Source: Escherichia coli 042 (GTDB lineage Bacteria > Pseudomonadota > Gammaproteobacteria > Enterobacterales > Enterobacteriaceae). From it: a stretch of DNA of 64,000 nucleotides. Where the stretch lies: the NCBI RefSeq assembly GCF_000027125.1, contig NC_017626.1; one strand, 5' to 3'. A program made the translations under genes and the position numbers. This document shows, in pieces, positions 16,691 to 28,921 of the stretch (position 1 is its first letter; every line of letters starts with the position of its first letter). The notes beneath the pieces were generated by a model that saw nothing but the letters and a program-made list of their open reading frames with translations, did not search any database and had not been told where the DNA came from.

Positions 16691-18160
16691 TTATTTCTTA
16701 TCGTTCTGCGGGAACTTCATTTCGCTGTAGCGTACGAAGTGAGTTCCTTTAATCAGCTTGTAGCCGAACCAAATAATCAGGAACAGCGGGATACCAATAT
16801 ACGTTGCCGCTACGCCGCCCCAGTCAATGGTATCTTTCAGGAACGCTTCGTAGTTCTGGCCCAAAGTGATAATCAGACACAGAATGAATGCGAAGATCGG
16901 CCCCAGTGGGAAGAAACCTGAACGGTACGGCAGATCGTTAATGTCGTGTCCCTGCAATACGTAACCGCGACGGAAGCGATAGTGGCTAATGGCAATCCCC
17001 AGCCAGGCGATAAAACCGGTCATCCCGGAGGTGTTCAGCAGCCACAGGTATACCGTCTGGTTGCCAAACATGGAGGTCAGGAAGCACAGACCGGCAATCA
17101 CCGTCGTCGCATACAGCGCATTACGCGGCACGCCACCACGCGACAGTTTAGCGAAAATGCGCGGCGCTTTACCGTCACACGCCAGGGTGTACAGCATACG
17201 AGTAGACGCATACATACCGGAGTTACCCGCTGACAGCACCGCCGTCAGAATAACTGCGTTCATCACCGCCGCCGCAGAGAGCAGACCCGCGTGCTGGAAC
17301 ACCAGGGTGAACGGACTAACGCTGATGTCTTTAACATCGTTACGCAGCAGGCTCGGATCGGTGTACGGAATAATCAGGCTGATAATCAGGATCGCGAACA
17401 CATAGAACAACAGGATTCGCCAGAACACCTGACGTACCGCGCGTGGAATGTTTTTCGCCGGATCTTCGGACTCGCCTGCAGCAATACCGATCAGCTCGGT
17501 TCCCTGGAAAGAGAAGCCGACAATCATAGCTACGCCGATCATCGCCGCAAAACCACCAGCAAACGGCGCTTCGCCGATTGTCCAGTTGCTCCAGCCCGCA
17601 GGCTGCGCGCCTTTGAAGATACCGATAATCATCAGCACGCCAACGATGATAAAGACAATAACTGTCGTGACTTTGATCAGTGAGAACCAGTATTCCGCTT
17701 CACCAAAGCCACGAACTGAGATGTAGTTCAGCAGGAAGATAACGCCGAGGAACAGCGCACTCCAGATCCAGCCCGGTGTATCCGGGAACCACCAGCTCAT
17801 GACCAGCTGAGCTGCAACCAGGTCAACGGCGATAGTCACCGCCCAGTTGTACCAGTAGTTCCAGCCCAGCGCGAAGCCAAAGCCTTCTTCAACATAGTTC
17901 TGACCATAAGTGGCAAACGAACCGGAAACCGGCATATATGCAGCCAGTTCACCGAGACTGGTCATCAGGAAGTAAACCATCAGGCCAATCAACATATACG
18001 AGAGCAATGCCCCGCCCGGACCTGCCTGAGAAATCGTTGCGCCAGAGGCAACAAAAAGACCTGTACCGATGGAACCGCCAATGGCAATCATCGTCAGGTG
18101 ACGCGCCTTTAATTCACGGCGTAAGCCCGGCGCTTCTGTAGTTTTAGTTTCGGAACCCAT
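16691..18160 (-). CDS. lysP: lysine-specific permease (APC family)
   Basis: 489-aa 12-TM ORF with amino acid permease signature. Confidence 0.9.
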   Translation of the reverse strand: MGSETKTTEAPGLRRELKARHLTMIAIGGSIGTGLFVASGATISQAGPGGALLSYMLIGLMVYFLMTSLGELAAYMPVSGSFATYGQNYVEEGFGFALGWNYWYNWAVTIAVDLVAAQLVMSWWFPDTPGWIWSALFLGVIFLLNYISVRGFGEAEYWFSLIKVTTVIVFIIVGVLMIIGIFKGAQPAGWSNWTIGEAPFAGGFAAMIGVAMIVGFSFQGTELIGIAAGESEDPAKNIPRAVRQVFWRILLFYVFAILIISLIIPYTDPSLLRNDVKDISVSPFTLVFQHAGLLSAAAVMNAVILTAVLSAGNSGMYASTRMLYTLACDGKAPRIFAKLSRGGVPRNALYATTVIAGLCFLTSMFGNQTVYLWLLNTSGMTGFIAWLGIAISHYRFRRGYVLQGHDINDLPYRSGFFPLGPIFAFILCLIITLGQNYEAFLKDTIDWGGVAATYIGIPLFLIIWFGYKLIKGTHFVRYSEMKFPQNDKK

Positions 18161-18364
18161 ACAAAAATGCTATCCATCTTAAAAATGAGGCGCGATTGTA
18201 GCAGACGATTGGCAATCCTTCCGGCAGAAATACACGGTTATAAGACACCTTCATGATCGCCCAGGGATTATAAGTAAAGCAGCCAATCTCTTTTCTGGCG
18301 AATGCATGCTGAGGGCGCTGCGTCACGAAATCGACACAGCACCAGCATGTTCTTGTACAGCAAC

Positions 18365-19246
18365 TTAACGCGGTACATTCGCGGGATCGCAATAGTCCAG
18401 AAAGCGCCGTAGCGCGTTGGAAAGGTGTTTTTGCCGATGATGTATACGCCACAACGTACGCATCAGGCGCGGCAGAGGGACCGCAACTTCACTTAATGTG
18501 CCTGCCTGCAATTGATCTTCAATCACCCGCCGCGACAGGCAACTAATTCCCAACCCATGACGCACCGCATGTTTGATTGCCTCGGAGTTACCTAATTCCA
18601 TCGCCATCTCAAACTTCGGTAAATGTGACAGCAACAGATAATCGACAATCTCCCGCGTGCCGGAGCCGCGTTCACGCAGGATCCACGGCGCAGCGGCCAG
18701 CTGTTCTAAGGTGACCGGACCACGAGCCAATGGCGAAGTCGGCGCGGCGAAAACCACCAGCTCGTCTTCCAGCCACGGTTCAGAAATGATTTCAGTGCTG
18801 TGGCACGGTCCTTCAATAAAGCCAATATCAACACGGAAATCCAGCACCGCTTGCATCACGTCCTGGCTGTTCCCAACGCTAAGTTCAATCGGCAACTGCG
18901 GATAATCATGGCGATAACGGGCGATAACTGCAGGCAGAATGTAGTTACCGATGGTACTACTGGCATAGATACGAATCGCACCGTTGTCTTCGCGAAACAG
19001 TTGTTCGATTTCGATCGCCTGTTCAAGCAGTGCCAACGCACGCGGATAGAGCAGTCGCCCGTGTTCATTAACTACCAGTCTTTTCCCCACGCGATCAAAC
19101 AGTTGCACGCCAAGCTGCCCTTCCAGGTCGGTCAAGGCTGCGCTCACTGCTGATTGCGACAACGCCAGCATCACCGACGCCTGGGTGGTTGATCCACTTT
19201 TCAATACTTCTGCAAAAACTTCCAACTGCCGGAGGGTGATGTGCAT
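18365..19246 (-). CDS. yeiE: LysR-family transcriptional regulator
   Basis: 293-aa ORF with N-terminal HTH; divergent from yeiH. Confidence 0.85.
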   Translation of the reverse strand: MHITLRQLEVFAEVLKSGSTTQASVMLALSQSAVSAALTDLEGQLGVQLFDRVGKRLVVNEHGRLLYPRALALLEQAIEIEQLFREDNGAIRIYASSTIGNYILPAVIARYRHDYPQLPIELSVGNSQDVMQAVLDFRVDIGFIEGPCHSTEIISEPWLEDELVVFAAPTSPLARGPVTLEQLAAAPWILRERGSGTREIVDYLLLSHLPKFEMAMELGNSEAIKHAVRHGLGISCLSRRVIEDQLQAGTLSEVAVPLPRLMRTLWRIHHRQKHLSNALRRFLDYCDPANVPR

Positions 19247-19344
19247 AGTCGCTTACCACTTATAAAGATTAATTATAAATATATAATCAATTTTATTTTT
19301 AAACCAGTTAGTCGTAACCTTATGCCCGGTTAAAGGAGAGGGTT

Positions 19345-20394
19345 ATGACGAATATCACCTTACAGAAACAACATCGTACACTGTGGCATTTTATTCCGGG
19401 GTTAGCCCTGAGTGCAGTTATCACCGGGGTCGCCCTGTGGGGTGGTTCCATTCCCGCGGTTGCGGGTGCCGGGTTTAGTGCCCTCACCCTCGCAATCTTG
19501 TTGGGGATGGTTTTAGGCAACACCATCTATCCGCACATCTGGAAAAGCTGTGACGGTGGTGTGCTGTTTGCCAAGCAATATTTATTACGTCTGGGTATCA
19601 TTCTTTATGGCTTCCGTCTGACGTTCTCGCAAATTGCCGATGTCGGTATCAGTGGGATCATCATTGACGTGTTGACGCTGTCCAGTACCTTCCTGCTGGC
19701 TTGCTTCCTGGGGCAGAAAGTGTTTGGTCTGGATAAGCACACCAGCTGGTTGATCGGTGCCGGTAGCAGTATCTGTGGTGCTGCCGCGGTACTGGCGACT
19801 GAGCCGGTAGTGAAAGCGGAAGCCAGTAAAGTAACCGTGGCTGTTGCAACCGTTGTTATCTTCGGGACCGTCGCGATTTTCCTCTACCCGGCGATATATC
19901 CGCTGATGTCTCAATGGTTTAGTCCGGAAACTTTCGGTATCTACATTGGTTCTACTGTGCACGAAGTGGCGCAGGTGGTGGCGGCAGGTCATGCCATCAG
20001 CCCGGATGCAGAAAACGCAGCAGTTATTTCCAAAATGCTGCGCGTGATGATGCTGGCTCCGTTCCTCATCCTGCTGGCGGCGCGTGTTAAACAGCTGTCT
20101 GGGGCGAACAGCGGCGAGAAAAGCAAAATCACTATTCCGTGGTTTGCCATCTTGTTCATCGTAGTTGCCATCTTTAACTCGTTCCACCTGTTACCGCAGA
20201 GCGTGGTGAACATGCTGGTAACGCTGGATACCTTCCTGCTGGCAATGGCGATGGCGGCGCTGGGTCTGACCACTCACGTCAGCGCACTGAAAAAAGCCGG
20301 GGCGAAACCTCTGCTGATGGCACTGGTACTGTTTGCCTGGCTGATTGTTGGTGGTGGTGCGATTAACTATGTGATTCAAAGCGTCATCGCATAA
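19345..20394 (+). CDS. yeiH: UPF0324-family inner-membrane protein
   Basis: 349-aa polytopic membrane ORF. Confidence 0.8.
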   Translation: MTNITLQKQHRTLWHFIPGLALSAVITGVALWGGSIPAVAGAGFSALTLAILLGMVLGNTIYPHIWKSCDGGVLFAKQYLLRLGIILYGFRLTFSQIADVGISGIIIDVLTLSSTFLLACFLGQKVFGLDKHTSWLIGAGSSICGAAAVLATEPVVKAEASKVTVAVATVVIFGTVAIFLYPAIYPLMSQWFSPETFGIYIGSTVHEVAQVVAAGHAISPDAENAAVISKMLRVMMLAPFLILLAARVKQLSGANSGEKSKITIPWFAILFIVVAIFNSFHLLPQSVVNMLVTLDTFLLAMAMAALGLTTHVSALKKAGAKPLLMALVLFAWLIVGGGAINYVIQSVIA

Positions 20395-20467
20395 ACCACT
20401 ACATCTTGCTCCTGTTAACCCGCTATCATTACCGTTTTCCTCCAGCGGGTTTAACAGGAGTCCTCGC

Positions 20468-21325
20468 ATGAAATACATTGGAGCGCACGTTAGTGCTGCT
20501 GGCGGTCTGGCAAATGCCGCAATTCGCGCCGCCGAAATCGACGCAACCGCGTTTGCCTTGTTCACCAAAAACCAACGTCAGTGGCGTGCCGCACCGCTCA
20601 CGACGCAAACCATCGATGAATTCAAAGCCGCCTGTGAAAAATATCACTACACATCGGCGCAAATTCTTCCCCACGACAGTTATCTGATTAACCTCGGACA
20701 TCCGGTCGCTGAAGCTCTGGAAAAATCGCGCGATGCGTTTATAGATGAAATGCAGCGTTGCGAACAGCTGGGGCTTTCTTTGCTCAACTTCCACCCTGGC
20801 AGCCATCTGATGCAGATTTCAGAAGAGGATTGCCTTGCGCGTATTGCCGAATCCATCAACATTGCGCTGGATAAAACTCAAGGTGTGACAGCGGTGATTG
20901 AAAACACCGCCGGTCAGGGCAGCAACTTAGGGTTTAAATTCGAACATCTCGCGGCGATTATCGACGGCGTGGAAGATAAATCCCGCGTCGGCGTCTGCAT
21001 TGATACCTGCCATGCTTTCGCTGCCGGGTATGATTTGCGTACTCCAGCCGAATGCGAGAAAACGTTCGCGGATTTTGCCCGTATTGTCGGCTTTAAGTAT
21101 CTGCGCGGGATGCACCTTAACGATGCGAAAAGCACCTTTGGCAGCCGCGTTGACCGCCATCATAGCCTCGGTGAAGGCAATATCGGTCATGATGCGTTCC
21201 GCTGGATCATGCAGGACGACCGTTTCGACGGCATTCCGCTGATCCTTGAAACCATCAACCCGGATATCTGGGCAGAAGAGATCGCCTGGCTGAAAGCGCA
21301 ACAAACTGAAAAAGCGGTAGCCTGA
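20468..21325 (+). CDS. nfo: endonuclease IV
   Basis: 285-aa [17 protein letters not shown]... of the xylose-isomerase-like TIM-barrel AP endonuclease family. Confidence 0.9.
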   Translation: MKYIGAHVSAAGGLANAAIRAAEIDATAFALFTKNQRQWRAAPLTTQTIDEFKAACEKYHYTSAQILPHDSYLINLGHPVAEALEKSRDAFIDEMQRCEQLGLSLLNFHPGSHLMQISEEDCLARIAESINIALDKTQGVTAVIENTAGQGSNLGFKFEHLAAIIDGVEDKSRVGVCIDTCHAFAAGYDLRTPAECEKTFADFARIVGFKYLRGMHLNDAKSTFGSRVDRHHSLGEGNIGHDAFRWIMQDDRFDGIPLILETINPDIWAEEIAWLKAQQTEKAVA

Positions 21326-21327
21326 AG

Positions 21328-22416
21328 ATGAATAACCGGGAGAAGGAGATCCTTGCAATATTAAGGCGTAACCCGCTGATTCAGCAGAACGAAATTGCGG
21401 ATATGCTGCAAATCAGCCGTTCGCGCGTTGCAGCGCATATTATGGATTTAATGCGCAAAGGTCGGATTAAAGGCAAAGGTTACATTCTCACCGAGCAGGA
21501 ATACTGCGTAGTGGTGGGGACAATCAATATGGATATTCGCGGGATGGCGGATATCCGTTACCCGCAAGCGGCTTCTCATCCCGGTACAATTCATTGCTCG
21601 GCAGGCGGCGTTGGACGCAATATCGCCCACAATCTGGCGCTGTTAGGCCGCGACGTCCATTTGCTTTCAGTGATTGGCGATGACTTTTATGGCGAAATGC
21701 TCCTGGAAGAAACGCGCCGCGCCGGCGTGAATGTCTCCGGCTGCGTTCGTTTACATGGTCAAAGCACATCGACGTATCTGGCAATTGCCAATCGAGACGA
21801 TCAAACCGTGCTGGCGATTAACGATACCCATCTGCTGGATCAGTTGACACCGCAACTACTGAACGGGTCGCGCGATTTACTTCGTCATGCGGGCGTGGTA
21901 CTGGCTGATTGCAACCTGACAGCCGAGGCGCTGGAGTGGGTCTTTACCCTCGCTGATGAGATCCCGGTGTTTGTCGATACCGTTTCAGAATTCAAAGCGG
22001 GCAAAATCAAACACTGGCTGGCGCATATTCACACCCTGAAACCCACTTTACCGGAGCTGGAAATTTTATGGGGACAGGCGATCACCAGCGATGCTGACCG
22101 TAATGCCGCAGTGAATGCGTTGCATCAGCAAGGCGTTCAGCAACTGTTTGTTTATTTGCCCGATGAGTCAGTTTATTGCAGCGAAAAGGATGGAGAGCAA
22201 TTTTTGCTGACCGCGCCAGCGCATACGACAGTAGACAGTTTTGGTGCTGACGATGGTTTTATGGCGGGCCTGGTATATAGCTTTCTGGAGGGAAACAATT
22301 TCCGTGACAGCGCCCGTTTTGCGATGGCCTGCGCGGCAATTTCACGCGCCAGCGGCAGCTTAAACAACCCTACCCTGTCTGCCGATAACGCGCTGTCATT
22401 AGTGCCAATGGTGTAA
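21328..22416 (+). CDS. yeiI: PfkB-family sugar kinase with N-terminal HTH domain
   Basis: 362-aa ORF; carbohydrate-kinase motifs; paralogous to psuK. Confidence 0.8.
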   Translation: MNNREKEILAILRRNPLIQQNEIADMLQISRSRVAAHIMDLMRKGRIKGKGYILTEQEYCVVVGTINMDIRGMADIRYPQAASHPGTIHCSAGGVGRNIAHNLALLGRDVHLLSVIGDDFYGEMLLEETRRAGVNVSGCVRLHGQSTSTYLAIANRDDQTVLAINDTHLLDQLTPQLLNGSRDLLRHAGVVLADCNLTAEALEWVFTLADEIPVFVDTVSEFKAGKIKHWLAHIHTLKPTLPELEILWGQAITSDADRNAAVNALHQQGVQQLFVYLPDESVYCSEKDGEQFLLTAPAHTTVDSFGADDGFMAGLVYSFLEGNNFRDSARFAMACAAISRASGSLNNPTLSADNALSLVPMV

Positions 22417-22422
22417 CAATGT

Positions 22423-22512
22423 TGCCGGATGCGACGCTTAACGCGTCTTATCCGGCCTACAAATCAGGCAATTTCAGCAAGTAAATGTAGGCCTGATAAG
22501 CTTGCGCATCAG
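22423..22512. repeat. REP-like palindromic elements
   Basis: GCCGGATGCGACGCTTAACGCGTCTTATCCGGCCTAC and a second GCCTGATAAGC...GCATCAGGC unit between convergent yeiI and nupX. Confidence 0.55.
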
Positions 22513-22522
22513 GCAATGACAC

Positions 22523-23773
22523 TCAAGCTAAACCAATAAAGAACCCGGCAATGGTCGCACTCATCAAGTTGGAAAGCGTCGCCGCCGCCAGCGCGCGTAA
22601 ACCAAGCTGGGCGATTTCCGGCGCACGGTGTGGCGCAACCGCAGAAAATGCGCCAACCACCACCCCGATAGAACCAAAGTTAGCGAAACCGCACAACGCG
22701 AAAGAAATAATCGCCACGGTTTTAGCATCCAGAGTGCCAGCTGTTTGCAGATAAGGTGAGAAATTGAGGTAAGCGACAAATTCATTTATTGCCAGCTTCT
22801 GTCCAATCAAACTCCCGGCAAGATTCGCATCACTCCAGTCAACCCCCATCACCCATGCCAGTGGAGCCAACAGGTAACCTAAAATGGACTCCAGCGAGGC
22901 ATGTTCAAAACCAAACCAGCCGCCAACGCCGCCGATAATACCGTTAATCAACGCAATTATTGCAACAAATGCCATCACCACTGTCGCCACACCTGCGGCG
23001 ATTTTCAGCCCGGTCATTGCCCCTGTAGCGGCGGCTTCAATAATGCTTTTTGGCGGTGTTTCGGTGAAAGAGAGGTTATTAAAGGAAACCTGCGAAGATT
23101 CCGTAGCCGGGCTTAACAGGCGGGCAAACAAGATCCCGCCGGGGATCGCCATTAACGATGCCGCCAGCAGATATTCCACAGGCACGCCCAGTGCGGCGTA
23201 ACCAATCATTGTCGAACCAGCAATCGAGGCCATGCCACTACAAATCGCTGTAAATAATTCATTGCGATTCAGACGATCGATAAAGGGTTTGACGATTGCC
23301 GGAATTTCGTTTTGCCCGAGGAAAATGGTTGTGACCGCGACGAATGACTCGATCTTGCTGATATTCAATGCTTTCTGGAATATACCGCCGAGAATGCGAA
23401 TTAAGATCCCCATCACACCGATGTAGTAGAGAATACTCACCAGTGCAGTGACGAAGATAATTGCCGGTAATACCCTGAAACCAAAGATAAATCCTGCGCC
23501 ATCAAATAAGGTGTCCATTTTCGGTCCGACCAGAGAACCGAAGATAAAAGCGCTACCTGCATCGCTGTACGCCATCACTTTATGCACGCCAAAAGCGACT
23601 TTTTCTGCGACCCAACGCCCTGGCGGTAACCAAAGCATAATGCCGCCAATCACGACCTGTAACACTAACGCCGCGCCAACGGTACGCAGGCTGATCTTCT
23701 TCTTGTTTACTGACAGCAAAAACGCAATTGCCAGCAATACCACCATTCCCAGAACACTTCTCATGACATCCAT
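22523..23773 (-). CDS. nupX: NupC-family nucleoside permease
   Basis: 416-aa membrane ORF; close paralogue of psuT in the same window. Confidence 0.85.
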   Translation of the reverse strand: MDVMRSVLGMVVLLAIAFLLSVNKKKISLRTVGAALVLQVVIGGIMLWLPPGRWVAEKVAFGVHKVMAYSDAGSAFIFGSLVGPKMDTLFDGAGFIFGFRVLPAIIFVTALVSILYYIGVMGILIRILGGIFQKALNISKIESFVAVTTIFLGQNEIPAIVKPFIDRLNRNELFTAICSGMASIAGSTMIGYAALGVPVEYLLAASLMAIPGGILFARLLSPATESSQVSFNNLSFTETPPKSIIEAAATGAMTGLKIAAGVATVVMAFVAIIALINGIIGGVGGWFGFEHASLESILGYLLAPLAWVMGVDWSDANLAGSLIGQKLAINEFVAYLNFSPYLQTAGTLDAKTVAIISFALCGFANFGSIGVVVGAFSAVAPHRAPEIAQLGLRALAAATLSNLMSATIAGFFIGLA

Positions 23774-23872
23774 AGTTATTATCTCTTCATGTCATTTTGG
23801 GCGACGGCTTTCTGCCCATCAGAAATAGCCGGGCCTGCATCTTGCGATACTGACCCGGCTTGTTATCAACAC

Positions 23873-24814
23873 TTAATGGGTTTTGATGTAGCCGCGCACG
23901 CACTCTTCGACTAATCCCCAGAACCAGTCAGTATCAATAGTGATGCCGACTTTGGTATTAGCGGGCTTGCCAAGAACGCCCAGCTCGTCGCAGACAGTAC
24001 GCCCATAGCAAGGGCCACTGTTGACGTCCACTTCGACGTACATCTCCTGGGTTTTAATGCCATCAGGGTTAATCAAATAACCGATGCAGGTGGCGTCATG
24101 CACCGGGCCGCCAGCCAGGCCGTAGTTTTCGAACTGCGTTTTTAGAGTGAAATTCATGATGTCGCTGAACAGCTCTCCGGCGGGGCCGCCTGCCCTTTCC
24201 ATCCGAGCAATCACGTCCGGGGTGCAAACGGTCTGGTTGGTGAGATCGAGGCCCATCATCACTAATGGAACGCCGGAGGTGAACACCACTCGCGCCGCTT
24301 CCGGGTCCGCAAAGATGTTGAACTCGGCAGATGGCGTGAAGTTGCCAGTACCATAAGCGCCGCCCATCAGTACAATTTCACGGATTTTCGGCAGGATCGC
24401 GGGCTGCATACGCATTGCCACCGCGATATTTGAAAGCGGACCAACCGGCACCAGAGTGATATCGCCATCGCTTGCCATCAGGGTATCAATGATGTATTTC
24501 ACCGCATGAGTGCTTTCTGCCTGGCGGGTCAGCGGCCCGAATACCGGGCCATCCAGTCCGGTTTCACCGTGAATATTATCGGCAACGATTTGTTGACGCA
24601 TAATGGGCTGTGGCATCCCCGCATAAACAGGAACATTAATCTCCAGTTTCTGGCAAACATTCAGGCCATTAATTAATGTTTTATCAAGCGTCTGATTACC
24701 CGCCACAATGGTGATGCCTAATAAATCTATTGCCGGATGTTTCGCGGCCATCATTATGGCAATAGCATCATCATGACCCGGATCACAATCCAGAATAATT
24801 TTTCTCTTTTCCAT
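23873..24814 (-). CDS. rihB: pyrimidine-specific ribonucleoside hydrolase
   Basis: 313-aa ORF with N-terminal DCDPGHDDA nucleoside-hydrolase motif. Confidence 0.9.
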   Translation of the reverse strand: MEKRKIILDCDPGHDDAIAIMMAAKHPAIDLLGITIVAGNQTLDKTLINGLNVCQKLEINVPVYAGMPQPIMRQQIVADNIHGETGLDGPVFGPLTRQAESTHAVKYIIDTLMASDGDITLVPVGPLSNIAVAMRMQPAILPKIREIVLMGGAYGTGNFTPSAEFNIFADPEAARVVFTSGVPLVMMGLDLTNQTVCTPDVIARMERAGGPAGELFSDIMNFTLKTQFENYGLAGGPVHDATCIGYLINPDGIKTQEMYVEVDVNSGPCYGRTVCDELGVLGKPANTKVGITIDTDWFWGLVEECVRGYIKTH

Positions 24815-24982
24815 TGTTTATTTCCTCTGTTTCCAGTTGCGTTATTTTTTCTACAGCAAAGAAAATTCGACCGGGCCGATGATTGAATCTTAACAACAGC
24901 GTAAGTATGCTAAATATGAGAAATCTCATAGCGGATAAACATCGTGAAAGAAATCCACAATAATGACCTTAAGCAGCAATTG

Positions 24983-25642
24983 ATGAGTGAATCTGCGTTT
25001 AAGGATTGCTTTTCAACGGATGTTTCAGCCGATACGCGGCTGTTTCATTTTTTAGCGCGTGACTACATTGTGCAGGAAGGGCAACAGCCGTCATGGCTGT
25101 TTTACCTGACGCGAGGCCGCGCCAGGCTTTACGCCACGCTTGCTAATGGTCGCGTGTCGCTGATCGATTTCTTTGCCGCCCCCTGTTTTATTGGTGAGAT
25201 TGAGTTAATCGATAAAGACCATGAACCGCGTGCGGTGCAGGCTATTGAAGAGTGTTGGTGCCTTGCGCTCCCTATGAAACATTACCGCCCGCTGTTATTA
25301 AACGACACGCTATTTTTACGAAAACTCTGCGTCACCTTAAGTCATAAAAATTATCGTAATATTGTTTCTTTAACTCAGAATCAATCATTTCCGTTAGTGA
25401 ATCGCCTGGCAGCTTTTATATTACTCTCGCAGGAAGGTGATCTTTATCACGAAAAGCATACGCAAGCGGCAGAGTATTTAGGCGTTTCTTATCGACATCT
25501 TTTATATGTTCTCGCGCAATTCATTCACGACGGTTTATTAATTAAAAGCAAGAAAGGGTATCTAATTAAAAACAGAAAGCAGTTGTCAGGACTGGCACTG
25601 GAGATGGACCCGGAGAATAAATTCTCCGGGATGATGCAGTAA
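24983..25642 (+). CDS. yeiL: CRP/FNR-family transcriptional regulator
   Basis: cNMP-binding-like domain plus C-terminal HTH; start chosen at MSESAFKD (219 aa). Confidence 0.7.
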   Translation: MSESAFKDCFSTDVSADTRLFHFLARDYIVQEGQQPSWLFYLTRGRARLYATLANGRVSLIDFFAAPCFIGEIELIDKDHEPRAVQAIEECWCLALPMKHYRPLLLNDTLFLRKLCVTLSHKNYRNIVSLTQNQSFPLVNRLAAFILLSQEGDLYHEKHTQAAEYLGVSYRHLLYVLAQFIHDGLLIKSKKGYLIKNRKQLSGLALEMDPENKFSGMMQ

Positions 25643-25709
25643 AAATTATTTGCAATAGCGCGATTGCCGGATGCAACATTTAATAAGCGCGTACCTCCGG
25701 CAATGAAAC

Positions 25710-26960
25710 TCAAGCTAAACCAATAAAGAACCCGGCAATAGTCGCGCTCATCAGGTTGGAAAGCGTTGCGGCTGCCAGCGCCCGTAAACCAAGCTGGGCG
25801 ATTTCTGGTGCGCGTTTTGGCGAAATAGCCGAAAATGCGCCAACGACAACACCGATAGAACCAAAGTTAGCAAAACCACAAAGCGCAAAGGAGATAATCG
25901 CAATGGTTTTCACTTCCAGCGCGCCGCCCGTTTGCAGGTATGGGGAGAAGCTCAGGTAAGCGACGAATTCGTTAATCGCCAGTTTCTGCCCAATCAGGCT
26001 ACCCGCCAGGTTGGCATCACTCCAGTCCACACCCATGATCCACGCCAGCGGTGCCAGCACATAGCCAAAAATACTTTCCAGAGAAGCATTGGCAAAACCA
26101 AACCAGCCGCCAATTCCGCCGATAATACCGTTGATCAGCGCAATAATTGCGACAAACGCCATTACCACCGTCGCCACACCAGCGGCGATTTTCAACCCGG
26201 TCATCGCACCGCTCGCCGCTGCTTCGATAAAGCTTTTTGGCGGCGTTTCGCTGAACGACAGATTTTCAAATGTCACCTGCGAAGGCTCGGTTGCCGGACT
26301 AAGAATACGTGCAAACAAAATACCACCAGGGATCGCCATCAGCGATGCCGCTAACAGGTAGTCAATTGGTACGCCCATTCCGGCATAACCAATCATCATC
26401 GAACCAGCAATGGACGCCATCCCGCTACAAATTGCCGTAAATAACTCGTTGCGATTCATGCGATCGATAAACGGTTTTACGATCGCCGGGATCTCATTTT
26501 GCCCGAGGAAAATAGTGGTAACCGCAACAAAAGATTCGATTTTGCTGATGTTGAGAGCTTTCTGAAAAATACTGCCAAGAATGCGGATTAGCAGCCCCAT
26601 CACGCCAATGTAGTACAGCAGGCTGATGAGCGCAGTGACGAAGATAATCGCCGGGAGTACGCGAAAGGCGAAGATAAAGCCCGCGCCATCAAACAGGACA
26701 TCCATTTTCGGCCCGACCAATGAACCAAAAATAAAGGCACTACCGGCATCACTGTAAGACATCACTTTATGAACGCCTAATGCCGCCTGCTCTACCGCCC
26801 ATTTTCCTGGTGGAAAATAGAGCATGATGCCGCCAATGGCGATTTGTAGCAGCAGCGCGGCTCCAACCGTGCGCAAACTGATGCTCTTTTTATTCACTGA
26901 CAACAGAAATGCTATTGCCAGTAACACCACCATCCCCACAACACTTCTCATTATATCCAT
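25710..26960 (-). CDS. psuT: NupC-family pseudouridine/nucleoside transporter
   Basis: 416-aa membrane ORF upstream of psuG and psuK. Confidence 0.85.
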   Translation of the reverse strand: MDIMRSVVGMVVLLAIAFLLSVNKKSISLRTVGAALLLQIAIGGIMLYFPPGKWAVEQAALGVHKVMSYSDAGSAFIFGSLVGPKMDVLFDGAGFIFAFRVLPAIIFVTALISLLYYIGVMGLLIRILGSIFQKALNISKIESFVAVTTIFLGQNEIPAIVKPFIDRMNRNELFTAICSGMASIAGSMMIGYAGMGVPIDYLLAASLMAIPGGILFARILSPATEPSQVTFENLSFSETPPKSFIEAAASGAMTGLKIAAGVATVVMAFVAIIALINGIIGGIGGWFGFANASLESIFGYVLAPLAWIMGVDWSDANLAGSLIGQKLAINEFVAYLSFSPYLQTGGALEVKTIAIISFALCGFANFGSIGVVVGAFSAISPKRAPEIAQLGLRALAAATLSNLMSATIAGFFIGLA

Positions 26961-27053
26961 AATGATTTTCCCTTCATGCCAGTAAACCCGGCGTCAGCGC
27001 CAGGTTTTGGTATGTATGATCAGTACGGGCGACGGCTTTCTGCCCGTCAGAAA

Positions 27054-27992
27054 TTAACCCGCGAGACGCTGGTATTCTTTGGCAATTTCGCTCGCCAGAA
27101 TGGCGTTGTTGAACACCAGTTGGATGTTGGATTTCAGGCTGTCACCGCCAGTCAGTTCAGCAACACGAGCCAGCAGGAACGGTGTGCTTTCTTTACCAAT
27201 AACGCCCTGCTCTTCGGCTTCGGCGACGGCTTGATCTATGGCTGCATTGATAGATTCCTCCGGCATCGCAAACTGTTCCGGGATCGGATTTGCCACCACC
27301 AGGCCACCGTTCAGACCGCTTTGCCATTTCACTGCCATTGCACGAGCAATTTCACTGGCGCTGTCGAGACGAATACTGACTTCAAACGGGCTGGTGCGGC
27401 AGAAAAACGCAGGCAGCGCTTTGGTCTGATAGCCAATTAGCGGTACACCGAAAGTTTCTAAATATTCGGTAGTTAAACCTAAATCGAGAATAGATTTCGC
27501 CCCGGCACAGACGACGGTGACATTGGTGTGCGCCAGTTCTTGCAAATCGGCAGAAATATCGAAGGTATGTTCCGCCCCGCGATGCACTCCACCAATTCCC
27601 CCGGTGGCAAATACTTTAATTCCGGCAAGCGCCGCAATAATCATCGTTGAAGCAACGGTGGTTGCGCCATTTTTCCCTGCGGCAACGACAAAAGGTAAAT
27701 CGCGACGACTAACTTTGGTCACGTTATGCCCTTCACGACCCAGCAATTCAATTTCTTCTTTGCTTAAACCCACTTTCATCACGCCGCCAATAATGGCGAT
27801 AGTGGCAGGTACAGCGCCCTGTTTACGAATAGTTTCTTCAACTTCAATTGCGGTCTGGGCATTTTGTGGGAACGGCATCCCGTGAGAAATAATGGTCGAT
27901 TCCAGCGCCACAACTGGTTTTTTGTTTTTTAAAGCGTCCTGCACTTCCGGGGAAATTTGTAATAATTCAGGGAAAATTTTTAATTCAGACAT
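27054..27992 (-). CDS. psuG: pseudouridine-5'-phosphate glycosidase
   Basis: 312-aa ORF; operon with psuK. Confidence 0.85.
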   Translation of the reverse strand: MSELKIFPELLQISPEVQDALKNKKPVVALESTIISHGMPFPQNAQTAIEVEETIRKQGAVPATIAIIGGVMKVGLSKEEIELLGREGHNVTKVSRRDLPFVVAAGKNGATTVASTMIIAALAGIKVFATGGIGGVHRGAEHTFDISADLQELAHTNVTVVCAGAKSILDLGLTTEYLETFGVPLIGYQTKALPAFFCRTSPFEVSIRLDSASEIARAMAVKWQSGLNGGLVVANPIPEQFAMPEESINAAIDQAVAEAEEQGVIGKESTPFLLARVAELTGGDSLKSNIQLVFNNAILASEIAKEYQRLAG

Positions 27993-28921
27993 TCTGCGTT
28001 CTCCACTAACGATATAACGTTGGCAATCGATAAATCGGGGTTATTGGTGTATTCACAGGAGAGCGCCATTGACGAACATCCCTGTGCGAAACGAACAGAT
28101 TCGGCAAACGGCATTCCGTCTACCCAACACGAAGCAAGTCCCGCCATCATGGCATCGCCCGCTCCGGTAACATTAATGACATTGGTTTTGATCGGCGCAG
28201 ACCAACCACTTTCACCGCTGATATCACTGTAATAAACGCCGTCGCCGCCCATGCTCAATACCAGTCGGTTCAGGCCATGTTGATGGAACCAGGCAGCAAC
28301 TTTTGCCACATCTTCACGCCCTGACAAAGCAATCCCACTCAAGGTTTCCGCTTCAAGGCGGTTTGGCTTCAGGGTGTGGATCTGATTTAGACGGTCGCGC
28401 ACTTTGACACATTTCCATGCCGAAACCGGATCGACAAATACAGGTACATTGGCGGCATTATCCAGAATCCATGCCAGTGCCTCTTCACTGATATTACAGT
28501 CTGCGACAATGACCTTTGCCTTCTGAATAAATTCACGGTGCTGTGCGAGATATTCAGCTGTAATAGCGTTGCTAATATTCATGTCATTTATAGCAACCAG
28601 CATTTCACCGGTATTATCGAGTAATGATAAATAGCTTGACGTATTTTCTCCCGGCACTATCAGGCATTTATCGACATAAACGCCAGATTGATTGGTTTGC
28701 GTTAGCAGCGATTGACCATAAAAGTCACTGCCTACTGCGCTCAGTAGCCAGGCTTTGTTCCCCAGCAACGCCAGGTTTTGTGCAATATTGCGCCCGACTC
28801 CACCAGGCGTAAATTTTATTTTACCTGGATTTGAATCCGCATAATTTAATGATTCATGTGAATATCCGGCGACATCAATATTCGCCGAACCTATAATTAC
28901 GACATAATCCTTTTCGCGCAT
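27980..28921 (-). CDS. psuK: pseudouridine kinase (PfkB family)
   Basis: 313-aa ORF with GAGD motif; 13-nt overlap with psuG. Confidence 0.85.
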   Translation of the reverse strand: MREKDYVVIIGSANIDVAGYSHESLNYADSNPGKIKFTPGGVGRNIAQNLALLGNKAWLLSAVGSDFYGQSLLTQTNQSGVYVDKCLIVPGENTSSYLSLLDNTGEMLVAINDMNISNAITAEYLAQHREFIQKAKVIVADCNISEEALAWILDNAANVPVFVDPVSAWKCVKVRDRLNQIHTLKPNRLEAETLSGIALSGREDVAKVAAWFHQHGLNRLVLSMGGDGVYYSDISGESGWSAPIKTNVINVTGAGDAMMAGLASCWVDGMPFAESVRFAQGCSSMALSCEYTNNPDLSIANVISLVENAECLN

